The notes beneath the pieces were generated by a model, which searched no databases, was not told where the DNA came from, and saw only the letters and a list, made by a program, of their open reading frames with translations. A stretch of 64,000 nucleotides of DNA. It comes from an uncultured Planctomycetaceae bacterium (lineage in GTDB: Bacteria; Planctomycetota; Planctomycetia; Pirellulales; PALSA-1355). This document shows, one piece after another, positions 53,860 to 64,000 of the stretch (the first letter of the stretch is position 1; every line of letters starts with the position of its first letter). Location: the NCBI GenBank assembly GCA_963785305.1, contig CAWAUV010000004.1:64001-128000 (forward strand), given 5' to 3'. Position numbers and translations under genes: made by a program.

Positions 53860-55767
53860 GTGCATCAATACCTGTTCGACTTGCTCGGCCGGCCGACGGA
53901 CGACATCATCACGACCGTTGGGCCGGGTGTCGACGGCAGCGTGCAGCGGATCAGCACGGCTTACGAAATCCGCGGCCTCGTCTTCCAAATCACGTGTTAC
54001 GCCGACACCGCCGGTACGACAGTGGTAAATCAGATCCAAAACGCCTACAATGGCTTCCAGCAACTCGTCACGCAGTTCCAGCAGCATGGCGCCGCCGTGA
54101 ATACCTCCACGTCTCCCAACGTGCAGTACGCCTATGCCGATGGCAGCGCCAACACGACGCGCCTCGCGGCGATCACCTATCCCGGCGCGATCAGCGGCTC
54201 GACGCCTCGCGTCGTTTCGTACAATTACGCGAGCGGCAACGACGATGCGTTATCCCGCATCACCAACTACCGCGATTCCGACAGCACGACGCTCGTCGAG
54301 TACACCTACCTCGGCCTCTCGACATTCGTCGATCTAACGTATCCGCAGCCGGACGTCACCTGGTCGCTAGCCGGCGGCTCCGGCTTCGGCACGAATCCCT
54401 ATCTCGGCCTCGACCAGTTTGGCCGTGTTATTAATAACCCCTGGACCACGCCCACCGCCACGCTCGACCAGATTCAATACGGTTACGATCAAGCGAGCGA
54501 CCGCACATGGCGTCACCAAACCGTCGCCAGCGGGCAAGACGAGCTCTACAGCTACGACGGCATGCAGCGCCTTACCGACATGAGCCGTGGCAATCTGACG
54601 AATAACAACCAGTCCATCGCCAACATGACCTTGGCCCAACAATGGGGACTCGACGCCACGGGCAATTGGTCCAACTTCGTCAACACGGATGTCGTGACCG
54701 CCGCGAACAATCTCGACCAACAGCGAGTGAGTAACCCGGTCAACGAGATCATGGGCATCGCGCAGCGCTACGGCGCGGCGTCGGCGCAGCCGGCGTACAG
54801 CCCGACCGGCGCGATGACCGCGATCCCGCAGCCCGCATCTCCTTCGTCGGCGTTCACCGGCGTCTACGACGCTTGGAACCGCTTGACACAACTGATTGAC
54901 GTCGCCACTTACAGCTACGACGGCCTCAACCGCCGCACGACCAAAACCGTTTCGGGCGTTCTTCGCGACTTGTACTACTCGAACGATTGGCAAGTCCTCG
55001 AGGAACGCGTCGGCGGCGCCACGACCGCCGACCGTCAATTCGTCTGGGGCCTGCGTTATATCGACGACTTGGTCTTGCGCGATCGCTCGACCGAACGCCT
55101 CTACGCCCTCCAAGACGCGAACTGGAACGTGACCTCGGTCGTCAATATTTCCGGCGCCGTTCAAGAACGCTACAGCTACACCGCTTATGGCCTCCCGACT
55201 TTCCTGAGCCCCGATTTCACGCCGTTAGCCGCGAGCGCCTACGCCTGGGAAACCCTCTATTGCGGCTACCGCTGGGACGGCGAGTCGGGGCTATATCTGG
55301 CGCGGAACCGGTATTTGAATTCGCTGCTCGGCGTTTGGGTCACGCGAGATCCGATTGGATATGCTGCATTGGATATGGAACTGTATCGGTACCTCTTCGG
55401 CAATCCGATAAACGGGTCCGATCCAACTGGCGAGCTCTTTTGGTTTTTAGTTCTTGCGTTACTCGCGACGGCCTGGGCATCAACATGTGCCGCCGTAGCC
55501 GCGACGCAAGGACTAAAGCAATCGAAAAAGCAAGGCGGCAACGACAAAACAACGCACTGTATCACGGCGTGCGTATTCAGTCGATGCACATTGTCTTTAG
55601 CTCCGGGCTTAACTGCTTTAGGCACGGTAATTTGGGAAGTGCTCGGCGAATGGCAAGGGTGGGAGTCGGTTAACGATATCAAAGCCGGCCTTTATGGCAT
55701 CTTGCAATCATATAATTTTTTCGGCGCATGTGCGGATAATTGTCGGAAATGCCCGGGGGGGCCTTAA
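53860..55767 (+). CDS. RHS repeat protein, N-terminally truncated, with C-terminal toxin domain
   Basis: YD repeats, ERYSYTAYG, YCGYRWDGESGLYLARNRY, TRDPIG, NPINGSDPTGE cleavage motif, then a 110-aa variable tip. Confidence 0.9.
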   Translation: MHQYLFDLLGRPTDDIITTVGPGVDGSVQRISTAYEIRGLVFQITCYADTAGTTVVNQIQNAYNGFQQLVTQFQQHGAAVNTSTSPNVQYAYADGSANTTRLAAITYPGAISGSTPRVVSYNYASGNDDALSRITNYRDSDSTTLVEYTYLGLSTFVDLTYPQPDVTWSLAGGSGFGTNPYLGLDQFGRVINNPWTTPTATLDQIQYGYDQASDRTWRHQTVASGQDELYSYDGMQRLTDMSRGNLTNNNQSIANMTLAQQWGLDATGNWSNFVNTDVVTAANNLDQQRVSNPVNEIMGIAQRYGAASAQPAYSPTGAMTAIPQPASPSSAFTGVYDAWNRLTQLIDVATYSYDGLNRRTTKTVSGVLRDLYYSNDWQVLEERVGGATTADRQFVWGLRYIDDLVLRDRSTERLYALQDANWNVTSVVNISGAVQERYSYTAYGLPTFLSPDFTPLAASAYAWETLYCGYRWDGESGLYLARNRYLNSLLGVWVTRDPIGYAALDMELYRYLFGNPINGSDPTGELFWFLVLALLATAWASTCAAVAATQGLKQSKKQGGNDKTTHCITACVFSRCTLSLAPGLTALGTVIWEVLGEWQGWESVNDIKAGLYGILQSYNFFGACADNCRKCPGGP

Positions 55768-55901
55768 AAATGTATATAACTGTCCGCTGAACCGACGTGG
55801 GCTTTCGATTGAAAGCCGCAGCGTGGCTTACGGCCCGCGGCAATAGGTTGTTCGGTTTTTGGGTTGCGTGTTTCACGGGGTTGCATCGAAGGTGCCCGGC
55901 C

Positions 55902-56318
55902 TTGAATTGCTCTAATATAAAACATACCGCGCGGCTTCGGCTCTTCGTTTTCTTTGGTTTTGTATTAATTCTTGTCGGAATAAGCGGCTACTTCGTATCG
56001 TTGCGGCAGTTTACCAATTCGATTAACAGAAATGATCTGCGTATGCTTGCAGATACGATTGTCATTGGTGAGTCGTATTCATCTGTTCAAGAAAAATTCA
56101 AAACCGCGCTTGCGAAGCACCGTGACTGGCAACTTAGCGAGGAGGCGAGGGGAGATGGAATGGTCATGTGCAGTGTAGACACACCTCTCGAGGTCGGCGC
56201 GAAGAATTGGGTACTATATATTTCATTTGGCAGTAATCGAGTCGAGTCCGTCGCGGTCCGAACCGCAGACTCGGAACATTACCGACCCAGCGATGCACCT
56301 GGCGATCGGATCCGGTGA
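55902..56318 (+). CDS. Candidate RHS immunity protein, single N-terminal TM anchor
   Basis: Low-GC ORF directly after the toxin tip; LFVFFGFVLILVGISGYFVSL; start uncertain (ORF open from 55797). Confidence 0.55.
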   Translation: MNCSNIKHTARLRLFVFFGFVLILVGISGYFVSLRQFTNSINRNDLRMLADTIVIGESYSSVQEKFKTALAKHRDWQLSEEARGDGMVMCSVDTPLEVGAKNWVLYISFGSNRVESVAVRTADSEHYRPSDAPGDRIR

Positions 56319-56440
56319 GGCTGCAGGGGAAAATGTGTCCATCTCGAAAACCCGACCCGTGGTGATGGCGATCATGAATAGCATCGATTCCGCAGTTTTC
56401 GTCTCGGCGGAGATCAATAAAGAAGAAAGTAGCGGCGGGC

Positions 56441-56854
56441 GAAATCATCAACTCGCTCGGTGCCGGCGTCGATTCCAGCATCCAGCGAATCAGCACCGCT
56501 TACGACATCTGCGGATTGGTATTCCAAATCACGAGCTATGCCGACACCGGCGCGACCACGGTGGTCAATCAGGTTCAAAACGTCTATAATGGCTTTCAGC
56601 AACTCGTCACGCAGTTCCAGCAGCATGGCGCCGCCGTGAATACCTCCACGTCTCCCAACGTGCAGTACGCCTATGCCGATGGCAGCGCGAACACGACGCG
56701 CCTGACCGCGATCACGTATCCCGGCGCGATCGCCGGCTCCACGCCCCGCGTCGTTTCGTACAACTATGCGAGCGGCAACGACGACGCCCTCAGCCGCGTC
56801 ACGAGCTTCATCGATTCCGACAGCACAACGCTGGTTGAATACACGTATTCTTGA
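56441..56854 (+). pseudogene. Second RHS fragment homologous to ~53900-54310
   Basis: Shares YNGFQQLVTQFQQHGAAVNTSTSPNVQYAYADGSANTTRL..TTLVEYTY with the upstream RHS, then stops. Confidence 0.85.
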
Positions 56855-57112
56855 GCTGAATATTAGTTGGAATGTCTGATTTATCGATGAGGGGACCGAA
56901 TCACGACAGGGTGATGATCGAGTTGCGGCGGCCCACGAATCTTGTTTGCTCATAGGCGTTGATGCCTTGAATGTCTGACTTTGCTAATCGCCACCGCGCG
57001 GCTCTTGGCGCGGCCGGGCCGGCTGTGGTTGCTGGGGGTGATCCACGGCGACGCATTGCGGGCGGGCTCTTCACCCGCTTCGCCGCGGTTTGTTCCGTTG
57101 GGCGGAAGCGGA

Positions 57113-58384
57113 CTATTTCGCGAGCGTCATTCGCGATGGGCCGGTTCGGCGCGGCAGATAATGGCACACGCCGACGCCCGCGAAATACAAGAACGTGAGC
57201 GGCACGAACAACATCAACATGCTGTAGGGATCGCCGCCTGGGCTGAGCACCATCGAGGCAATGGCGATCACCAGCACCGAGATTCGCCACTTGCTCAAGT
57301 AGGTCTCGACCGTGAATATGCCGATGCGTTCGAGAAACAGCATCACGAGCGGCAACTGAAAGCTCACTCCGAAGCCGAGCGGCAAGAGCAGCACGAAGCC
57401 GAGCCACTCGCTGATTCGCGGGTCGGGGTCGATGCCCATCGATTGGTTGAAGCTGAAGAGAAAACCGAGCACCGGCTTAAAGACAAAGCCGCTCACGACA
57501 ACGCCGGCGAAAAAGAGCCCGATGCTCACCGGCAGAAAGAGATGCACATAATGTTTCTCCTGCGGATAGAGGCCCGCGGCGACGAACGACCACAGGAAAT
57601 AAAAGATCGCGGGGCTCGCAAGCACGGCGCCGGCCACGAGCGCGGCTTTCATGTAGATCATGAAGGTTTCTTGAACGTTCATGCTTTTGATTTTGATGCG
57701 ATCGTCTTCGTCGGCCCGGTGCCAGAGAAATAGCCGCAGCAGTTTCGTGGCGGGCGCCGCTTGGGCTTCCGCCCCCGCGACATCGCCGGCGGCAGGCGCG
57801 TTGTCCGCTTTCGCGGCGCCAGCCCCGGCAGCGTCTGTCCCTGCCCCAGCGGCGCTAGCCCCGGCAGCGACATTCCCAGCAGCGGCGAGCTTGGAGTCCG
57901 CGGAATCCGCGGCGGCGGATTTGGCGGCGGCGTCGGGCTGGGGCGCGGGCGCCTTGGGCCACTTGAAGTTTTCAAACATCTCGGGCTGTTGCGCTTTTAG
58001 TTCATTGAAGAACTCCTCCGGCATCACATAGGTTTCCTCGAACAGGAGCCCACGGTTGACAATCAGGTCGCGGATGCCCGCTTCAGTGCCGAGCTCCGGC
58101 GGAATCGCTTCGCCGTTTTTGCGCCGCTCTTCGATCTTGGCCATAGCGCGGGCCACATCGGCTTTTTGATAATAGTCGATCAGCGCCTTTTCCAGCGGGG
58201 CTTCAATCCAGCGCATAATCCAGTCGCCGCAATAGAGCCCAACGCCGAATCCGAGCGCGAGCGCCACCACCGACTTGAACAAACAGACGCGGAGCTCGTT
58301 TAGATGATCGCCGAAACTCATTTTCGTGTCGGCAAACAGATCATCGTCCAAGGGTTCAACGCGACGGGAGATTGTGGTAGACAT
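57113..58384 (-). CDS. tatC: Twin-arginine translocase subunit TatC with large insertion
   Basis: MSFGDHLNELR, ETFMIYMK, WSFVAAGLYPQEK, FGVSFQLP, LSPGGDPYSM. Confidence 0.92.
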   Translation of the reverse strand: MSTTISRRVEPLDDDLFADTKMSFGDHLNELRVCLFKSVVALALGFGVGLYCGDWIMRWIEAPLEKALIDYYQKADVARAMAKIEERRKNGEAIPPELGTEAGIRDLIVNRGLLFEETYVMPEEFFNELKAQQPEMFENFKWPKAPAPQPDAAAKSAAADSADSKLAAAGNVAAGASAAGAGTDAAGAGAAKADNAPAAGDVAGAEAQAAPATKLLRLFLWHRADEDDRIKIKSMNVQETFMIYMKAALVAGAVLASPAIFYFLWSFVAAGLYPQEKHYVHLFLPVSIGLFFAGVVVSGFVFKPVLGFLFSFNQSMGIDPDPRISEWLGFVLLLPLGFGVSFQLPLVMLFLERIGIFTVETYLSKWRISVLVIAIASMVLSPGGDPYSMLMLFVPLTFLYFAGVGVCHYLPRRTGPSRMTLAK

Positions 58385-58676
58385 AGTGGATTCGGCCTCG
58401 GGGGCCGATGTTTTTCTGGTGGGAATCGTTGGCCGAGCGAGCTGCCGCGCGGCGGCAAAACATTCAAGTCTGTCGCACGCGGCCAGCCTCCGCAAGCGGC
58501 GCCCCGGGCCGGGGATCGCGAGGCCGGTAGGGCGGGCGACGGTGGCGCGGCCGCTCGCGCCGGACAGGCCGCTCGCGCCGGACAGGCCGATTGCAACGCG
58601 CGTGACGAATTCGAGACTCTTAATCATAGCACCGCGCACCGGCGCGAGGCGCTTCGACTTTAGATCCCGGTGAGGC

Positions 58677-59726
58677 ATGGCGCCGCTCTATCCCCTAAGA
58701 TTCGTTCCAATCTGGCGACATTATTTGTGGGGCGGGCGACGGCTCGCGTCGCTGTTGGGCAAGGCGATCCCGCCCGAGACGCCCTGCGCCGAGAGCTGGG
58801 AACTGGTCGACCGTGGCCCCGATCAAAGCCACATCGCCGCCGGACCCCTGGCCGGAGTCACGATCGGCGAATTGCTGCGCGACCGGGCCCAAGAGCTCAT
58901 GGGCCGGCATGGCCACCTCGCCAGCTTCCCGCTGCTGCTGAAATTTCTCGATGCCCGGCAGCCGCTCTCCCTGCAAGTACACCCCGACGATGCCCAGGCG
59001 GCGCTGCTCTCGCCGCCCGACCTGGGCAAGACCGAAGCCTGGGTGATCGTGGCGGCCGAACCGGGCAGCTATCTCTATGTCGGACTCCGCCCGGGCGTCG
59101 ATCGCGAGTCGCTTGCCCGGGCCATCGCGAGCGGACGATGCCAAGAGTGCGTCGAACGACTGGAACCCTTGGCCGGCGATTGTATTTTTATTCCGGCTGG
59201 GGTGGTGCACGCGCTCGGGCCGGGCCTAGTGGTCGCCGAGATTCAACAATCGAGCGACACGACGTATCGGCTCTTCGATTGGAATCGCGTGGGGCCCGAT
59301 GGCAAGCCGCGGGAGCTGCATGTGGCGGCGGCGCTCGACACGATCGACTTCGCGGCGGGCCCGACCCGGCCCGCGCGACCGAGCCTGCTTCCTGAGCCGC
59401 CGCGGGCGGAGCCACCGAATGCGGAATCTCCGCGTGCGAAGTCGGTGCAATCGAGCGCACACCCCGATGCGTCCGAACGATTCGAGCGGCTGGTGACGTG
59501 CGACAAGTTCGTGCTCGATCGCTGGCGCGTGGCGAGTCCGAGAATGGTGGGCGGCGACGACCGGGCGCATTTGGTGGTTGTGCTCGAAGGCGCCGTGTGT
59601 ATTCAGGGCGACGCGATTCGCGAGCCGCTTGCCCGCGGCCAAACGGCGCTCGTGCCGGCCAGTTGCGGGGCGACGCGTTTGACGGCCGATGGCGCCGCGA
59701 CGCTTCTCGATATCTATCTGCCCTGA
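58677..59726 (+). CDS. manA: Mannose-6-phosphate isomerase, class I
   Basis: YLWGG, AESWE, FPLLLKFLDA..LSLQVHPDD, GKTEAW, HALG, EIQQSSDTTYRLFDW. Confidence 0.9.
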   Translation: MAPLYPLRFVPIWRHYLWGGRRLASLLGKAIPPETPCAESWELVDRGPDQSHIAAGPLAGVTIGELLRDRAQELMGRHGHLASFPLLLKFLDARQPLSLQVHPDDAQAALLSPPDLGKTEAWVIVAAEPGSYLYVGLRPGVDRESLARAIASGRCQECVERLEPLAGDCIFIPAGVVHALGPGLVVAEIQQSSDTTYRLFDWNRVGPDGKPRELHVAAALDTIDFAAGPTRPARPSLLPEPPRAEPPNAESPRAKSVQSSAHPDASERFERLVTCDKFVLDRWRVASPRMVGGDDRAHLVVVLEGAVCIQGDAIREPLARGQTALVPASCGATRLTADGAATLLDIYLP

Positions 59727-59966
59727 GCCGAATCTGCCAGCAACGCACGCGCCCGCGACGCGAGCGACGATATCACCCAGGGATGGACTCGCCGTCGACC
59801 CCGCGGCGCGGCGGTTTATCTGCTCGGGCGGTGCGAAACTCGCCTGTTTCCAGCGGCGAGGGCGAACTATAATTCGCCGCCTCGCGCTTGGCCGGGCCAA
59901 TTCTGGCTGGCCCGCGCGGTCCCCTTCTTTTTTTCGCAAGCAAACGCCTCGGAAGGCTTTCCTCGC

Positions 59967-60377
59967 ATGCCAGCGCGCCCGACGAGTCTTGTGTTGCTGC
60001 TCGTTTCGGCGGGGGCGCTTGGTTGCCGTTCGATCGCGCTGCCGAGCATATTGCATCCTGGTCCGACCGAAAGTCAACAAGAGCAGACCCAGCGGGCGAT
60101 GTCGGTGTCCGACACCGATTTGCAGACCGAGGCGCCGAGCATTCTGCCACCCGGCTACACGCCGCGGGCCGAAGTGCTGCAATCGCGGAACGTGAAACCG
60201 AATCCGTGGTTTGATCAGAACCGGGCTTACTATCGGCAAGGCGCGGCGGCGGCGCCGAATCCGTATTTTTATTCGCCGCCCCCGGTAGCGCCGCAGCCCA
60301 ACCCCTACGCGCCGTTCGTAACGCCGGCGCCGGCGGCGCCCAATAGCGCTTCGCGGGGCATTCCAAGCTTTTATTGA
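59967..60377 (+). CDS. Hypothetical Pro-rich lipoprotein
   Basis: LVLLLVSAGALGC lipobox; TATAAT-like -10 near 59868. Confidence 0.55.
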   Translation: MPARPTSLVLLLVSAGALGCRSIALPSILHPGPTESQQEQTQRAMSVSDTDLQTEAPSILPPGYTPRAEVLQSRNVKPNPWFDQNRAYYRQGAAAAPNPYFYSPPPVAPQPNPYAPFVTPAPAAPNSASRGIPSFY

Positions 60378-62494
60378 GCTGTGTCTTGCACCCGAGGGGC
60401 AACCATGCTCAGGGCGCCCGCGCCCTCGGCAACCACGCGCTGAATTGCCTGCCGCAATTGCGCCAGGCTCACCGGCTTGACCAGGTGTTCGCTGAATCCA
60501 GCATCGCGGCCCTTGCGGATATCGTCGTCCATGCCGTAGCCGCTCATGGCGATGCCTTTGAGATGAAAGCGGCGATTGAGCTCGCGCATCAGTTCATAGC
60601 CGGTGGAGTCGGGCAGGCCGACATCGCTGAGCACCAAGTCGAACGGCTCGCGCTCGGCGGCGGCGATCGCGGCGGCTACATTGCCGGTCGCGTGGACAAT
60701 ATAGCCGCACGCTTGCAAGAGAAACGTGAGTACTCGGGCCGTGTCCGCGTGATCTTCGACCAGCAGCACTCGCAGCCCTTTGTCCGAACTGGCGCGAAGG
60801 GATTCGACAACCGAATCCGAGAGTGGCGTTTCTCGCGGGCCGCCCGGAAGCTCGATGGTAAAGCTGGCGCGCGCCCCAGGCCAGGACTCTCGGCGCGGAT
60901 CGAGCCGCCGTGTTGCTCGACGATTGCTTTCGAAATCGCGAGCCCCAGCCCCATGCCGCCAAAGCGTCGGGTGATGCTATCGTCACCCTGCTCAAACGCG
61001 TCGAACACGCGGGAGAGCAGGTCGGGCGCGATGCCCTGGCCGGTATCGCGAATTTCGATCCGAACGCGATCGGCCTCGGCCAGCGAAGTGGTAATGAATA
61101 CATCACCGCGCTCCGCGGTAAACTTGGCGGCGTTTTTGAGCAGGTTCCAAAGCACCTGTTGCAAACGCGCGGGATCGGCCGTGGCAAAGCCCACTCGCGG
61201 GTCGAGTTCGCGATGCAACCGAAGCGATTTTTCCAAGATCACGGTGCGGCAGATCTGGCAAACATGGTCGACGGCCGCGTTGAGATCGACCTGCCGCGGC
61301 TCCAGCCGCAACTTGCCGCGCACAATGCGATTCAAATCGAGCAGATCGTCGATGAGCTTGATCTCGAGCTCCACGTTGCGACGAATCATTTCCACGTTTT
61401 CGCGAATCGTCGGCGGGAGATCGGGATCGGAATCCATCGCCGCCACGCTCATCAGCACCGGAGTGAGCGGAGTGCGCAACTCGTGGCTCAGCACGGCGAG
61501 GAAATGATCCTTGGCCTGATTGGCCCGCTCGGCGGATTCCTTGGCTTCTTGCAATGACGCTTCGGTTTCGCGCTGGGCGGTGATGTCGGTGTTGGTGCCA
61601 ACCCAGCCGGTGATGCGGCCGACGGCGTCGCGCACTGGCAGGGCGCGCGAGAGAAACCAGCGATATTGGCCATCGCGTCCGCGGAGCGGAAATTCGTCTT
61701 CCCATGGCTCGCCCGAATCCCAGCTTTTCTGAAGCGAGCGAAGCACGCGTTCGATGTGATCGGGGTGATGCACTCGGGTCCAACCCCAGCCGGCCACTTC
61801 TTCGAGCGTGGCGCCGGTGTAGTCAAACCAGCGCCTGGTTGTACCAGTGGATCGCGCCTTGCGCATCGGCCAACCAAGCGAACTGCGACATGGAATCGGC
61901 CAAGGTGCGAAACTTGGCTTCGCTCTGCTCGATGGCGTCGGCCACGCGTTCACGATCGCGCAGATCGGCGCGAAGTGAGATTTCGGCCATCACCGCTTCG
62001 CCCAGCGTTTGCAGCACCTCGAGGTCTTCGTGGAGCCAATGCCGCGGTTGGCTGTCGATCGCGCAGAGCGAGCCGATCGCATGGCCCTCGGGCGCCAGGA
62101 GCGGCACTCCAAGATAAGCCACCACACCCAGTTCACCGATCGCGGGATTGCGGCTCACCAGCGGATTTAACCGCGCGTCGGAGATAATCAGTGGTTGCGA
62201 GGTCGCGGTCACATGGCGGCAAAACGAATGCGAAAGGGGTGTCTCGCGCGCCTCGGACCACGGCGCCGGCAAGCCGATCGCGCTCTTGAAGAATTGCCGA
62301 TCTTCGGCGACCAGCGACACGAGCGCCACCGGAACTCGGAGAATCTTGCGAACCAATTCCGTGAGCCGGTCGAAGATCGGCTCGGGCGGCGTGTCGAGCA
62401 GGCCCGTGTGAGATAGCGCCGCGGTCCGCGATCCCGCGTCGGATTCGGTGCTCGCGACTTGGGTCGTTTCCGGGAGAATCCGGGAAAAACTCAT
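60371..62494 (-). CDS. Hybrid sensor kinase GAF-PAS-HisKA-HATPase-REC (frameshifts near 61835 and 60850)
   Basis: LLDTPPEPIFDRLT..SHSFC GAF; VHHPDH PAS; SHELRTPL, NAAKFT, DTGQG, GMGLGL; LLVEDH..DVGLPD..KPV receiver. Confidence 0.9.
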
Positions 62495-62722
62495 AACGAA
62501 CTGTCTCGATAATGCCAGACCTCGGACGCCGAAAGTCGACCTTAGAGGCGACGTCATGGGTGACGCCGCTCGTTAGGATAGTTAGTATATCAGTCACGAC
62601 CGACGCCGGCGCGGGTCCGCGCGAGGACGCAATTGAGCAATCGCTTGGTCACTGCTCCTTGGCCGGCGGCGCCGAAAACGTTTTTGGACTCCATCACACG
62701 CGGCATCCCACGCGTTTCTCGC

Positions 62723-62959
62723 ATGTTTCGATCGATCCTCACCATCCTCCTGGCCGTGAACTGTTTGCTGCCGATCGCGGTGCTGCTAATGCTCGGGCTC
62801 GCGCGGCTGCTGGCGGCCCTGGGCGACGAGGCCGGCGCCAGTGTGTTGGGGCGACTAAGCCTCGGCGGCGGAACACTCTGGGGCCTGACTCTCATTTCGT
62901 TGCTCCTCGCGCTTGCATTGCGGGCCGTGGTCGAGTCCGATGAAACCAAGCAGTCTTGA
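62723..62959 (+). CDS. Small hypothetical membrane protein
   Basis: Two hydrophobic helices around ALGDEAGA. Confidence 0.55.
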   Translation: MFRSILTILLAVNCLLPIAVLLMLGLARLLAALGDEAGASVLGRLSLGGGTLWGLTLISLLLALALRAVVESDETKQS

Positions 62960-63102
62960 CCCGAAGCCGACGAACTAAAGCCGACGAACTTTTGACACGC
63001 GACCCGCGTCGGCGTCTACAATGAGCGATTGGAGCGGCGCGGGCCGTTCGTTGTGCGGCGGCTGAGTGGCCTATTCATGCGTCTCGCGGCGATATGCAAC
63101 CC

Positions 63103-64000
63103 ATGACGGTCAAATTCGCCTGCGAGAAGTGCTTGCAAACGCTGGTCGCGGCCGAACACAAAATCGGTCAGTCGGTGCCCTGCCCGCGCTGCCGGGCCGC
63201 GCTCACGGTGCCCGATCTCGCGCGAGCCGCGGCGCTGTTGGAAATGAAACGCAAGGCGCGCGAACAGGGCGGCCGCGAAAACCCAAGCGACGCGGCCTCG
63301 GGGACTTCGCAAGCGGCGACGCCCGCCGCGACGCGAGCGCGTTCCGAACGCGTGACCGGTGGCCCGACGCCGACGCCTCCAGAGGCGCCGGGACCTGCCC
63401 GCGATCCTGTCGCGACGTCGCGGCATTTGCCCGCCAAAAAAACGGTCCGATCGAGCCCGCCCTCGTTGCCCGATGGCAAGAAAACCAAAGCCCCCGGGGC
63501 CATGCGACGCGAGAGCCCTTCAGACCAGCCGACCCGAACCGGCAGCTTGGCCGCGAAAACGGCTGCCCCGACAAAGCTCGAACCGGTCGCGCCGAACTCG
63601 GCCCTGCTGGACGCGCCCGCGACGCCGCCCGAGGAATCGGTTTTGCCGCATGATTCGGCGTCGGCCGCGGTGTCCGACGGAATTTTGGTTCGGCGTTGGG
63701 TGCTGTTTGCCCAAGGCGGTCTGATTGCCGTGGTGGCGCTGGTCGCCTATGTCTCGGGCTATCTCACCGGCGGAAGCGGTGGTGCCGCGCCATCGCCGGG
63801 CGAAACGCCGCTCTCGGCCGCGAAAAACGCTCCGGTGGTCGTGGTCGGCAAAGTGCGTTTTCGGCCCGATCGCAAGCCGGCCGAGGCAGACGGCGATGCC
63901 GTGGTTTTGGCCCTACCACGGGGCGCGGCGGTTTCGGAGAAAATCAAAGTCTCTGGCCTGCGACCCGAAGATCCTCGGCCGGCCGAAAACAATCCGCAGA
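63103..64000 (+). CDS. Hypothetical protein with N-terminal Zn-ribbon and TM segment (runs off window)
   Basis: Manual translation MTVKFACEKC..VPCPRC..LTVP; later RRWVLFAQGGLIAVVALVAYVSGY; TTGACA-N19-TACAAT upstream (62992-63022). Confidence 0.6.
   Translation, partial: MTVKFACEKCLQTLVAAEHKIGQSVPCPRCRAALTVPDLARAAALLEMKRKAREQGGRENPSDAASGTSQAATPAATRARSERVTGGPTPTPPEAPGPARDPVATSRHLPAKKTVRSSPPSLPDGKKTKAPGAMRRESPSDQPTRTGSLAAKTAAPTKLEPVAPNSALLDAPATPPEESVLPHDSASAAVSDGILVRRWVLFAQGGLIAVVALVAYVSGYLTGGSGGAAPSPGETPLSAAKNAPVVVVGKVRFRPDRKPAEADGDAVVLALPRGAAVSEKIKVSGLRPEDPRPAENNPQ

Noticed and set aside
56870..56980. GAATGTCTGA direct repeat as an att site or target duplication for the RHS island
   Set aside because: The two copies are only ~100 nt apart, no matching copy was found at the left end, and there is no integrase or tRNA.

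Overview
High-GC bacterial window that looks planctomycete (probably Pirellulales): it carries DUF1559, DUF1592/DUF1552, DUF1080, a sulfatase and a TatC with a large insertion. About 48 genes are recognisable. Housekeeping genes include recO, an RluA synthase, rdgB, SRAP, HIT, folC, glnA, rpiB, tsaC/sua5, tatC and manA. Signalling genes are a CheB/CheR-PAS, kinase and LuxR regulator cluster plus a GAF-PAS hybrid kinase. Many genes, including normally essential ones, carry small frameshifts, most likely long-read indel errors, so those coordinates are approximate. Highlights: (1) a complete 1539-bp IS66-family element with perfect 13-bp inverted repeats and an 8-bp target duplication splitting the cheB/cheR gene; (2) a ~1890-aa secreted VWA protein with a diverged ~407-aa tandem duplication, STN-like domains and a secretin-like C-terminal fragment; (3) an ABC ATPase, His-rich giant permease and helical-protein operon; (4) an N-terminally truncated RHS gene with a Cys-rich toxin tip, a candidate immunity gene and a second RHS relic; (5) a Sua5-LMW phosphatase fusion beside rpiB; (6) a promoter with paired palindromic operators in front of a small unknown ORF; (7) several intergenic short tandem repeats. 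No tRNA, rRNA or CRISPR array was seen. All assignments come from motif recognition by eye; no database searches were run.
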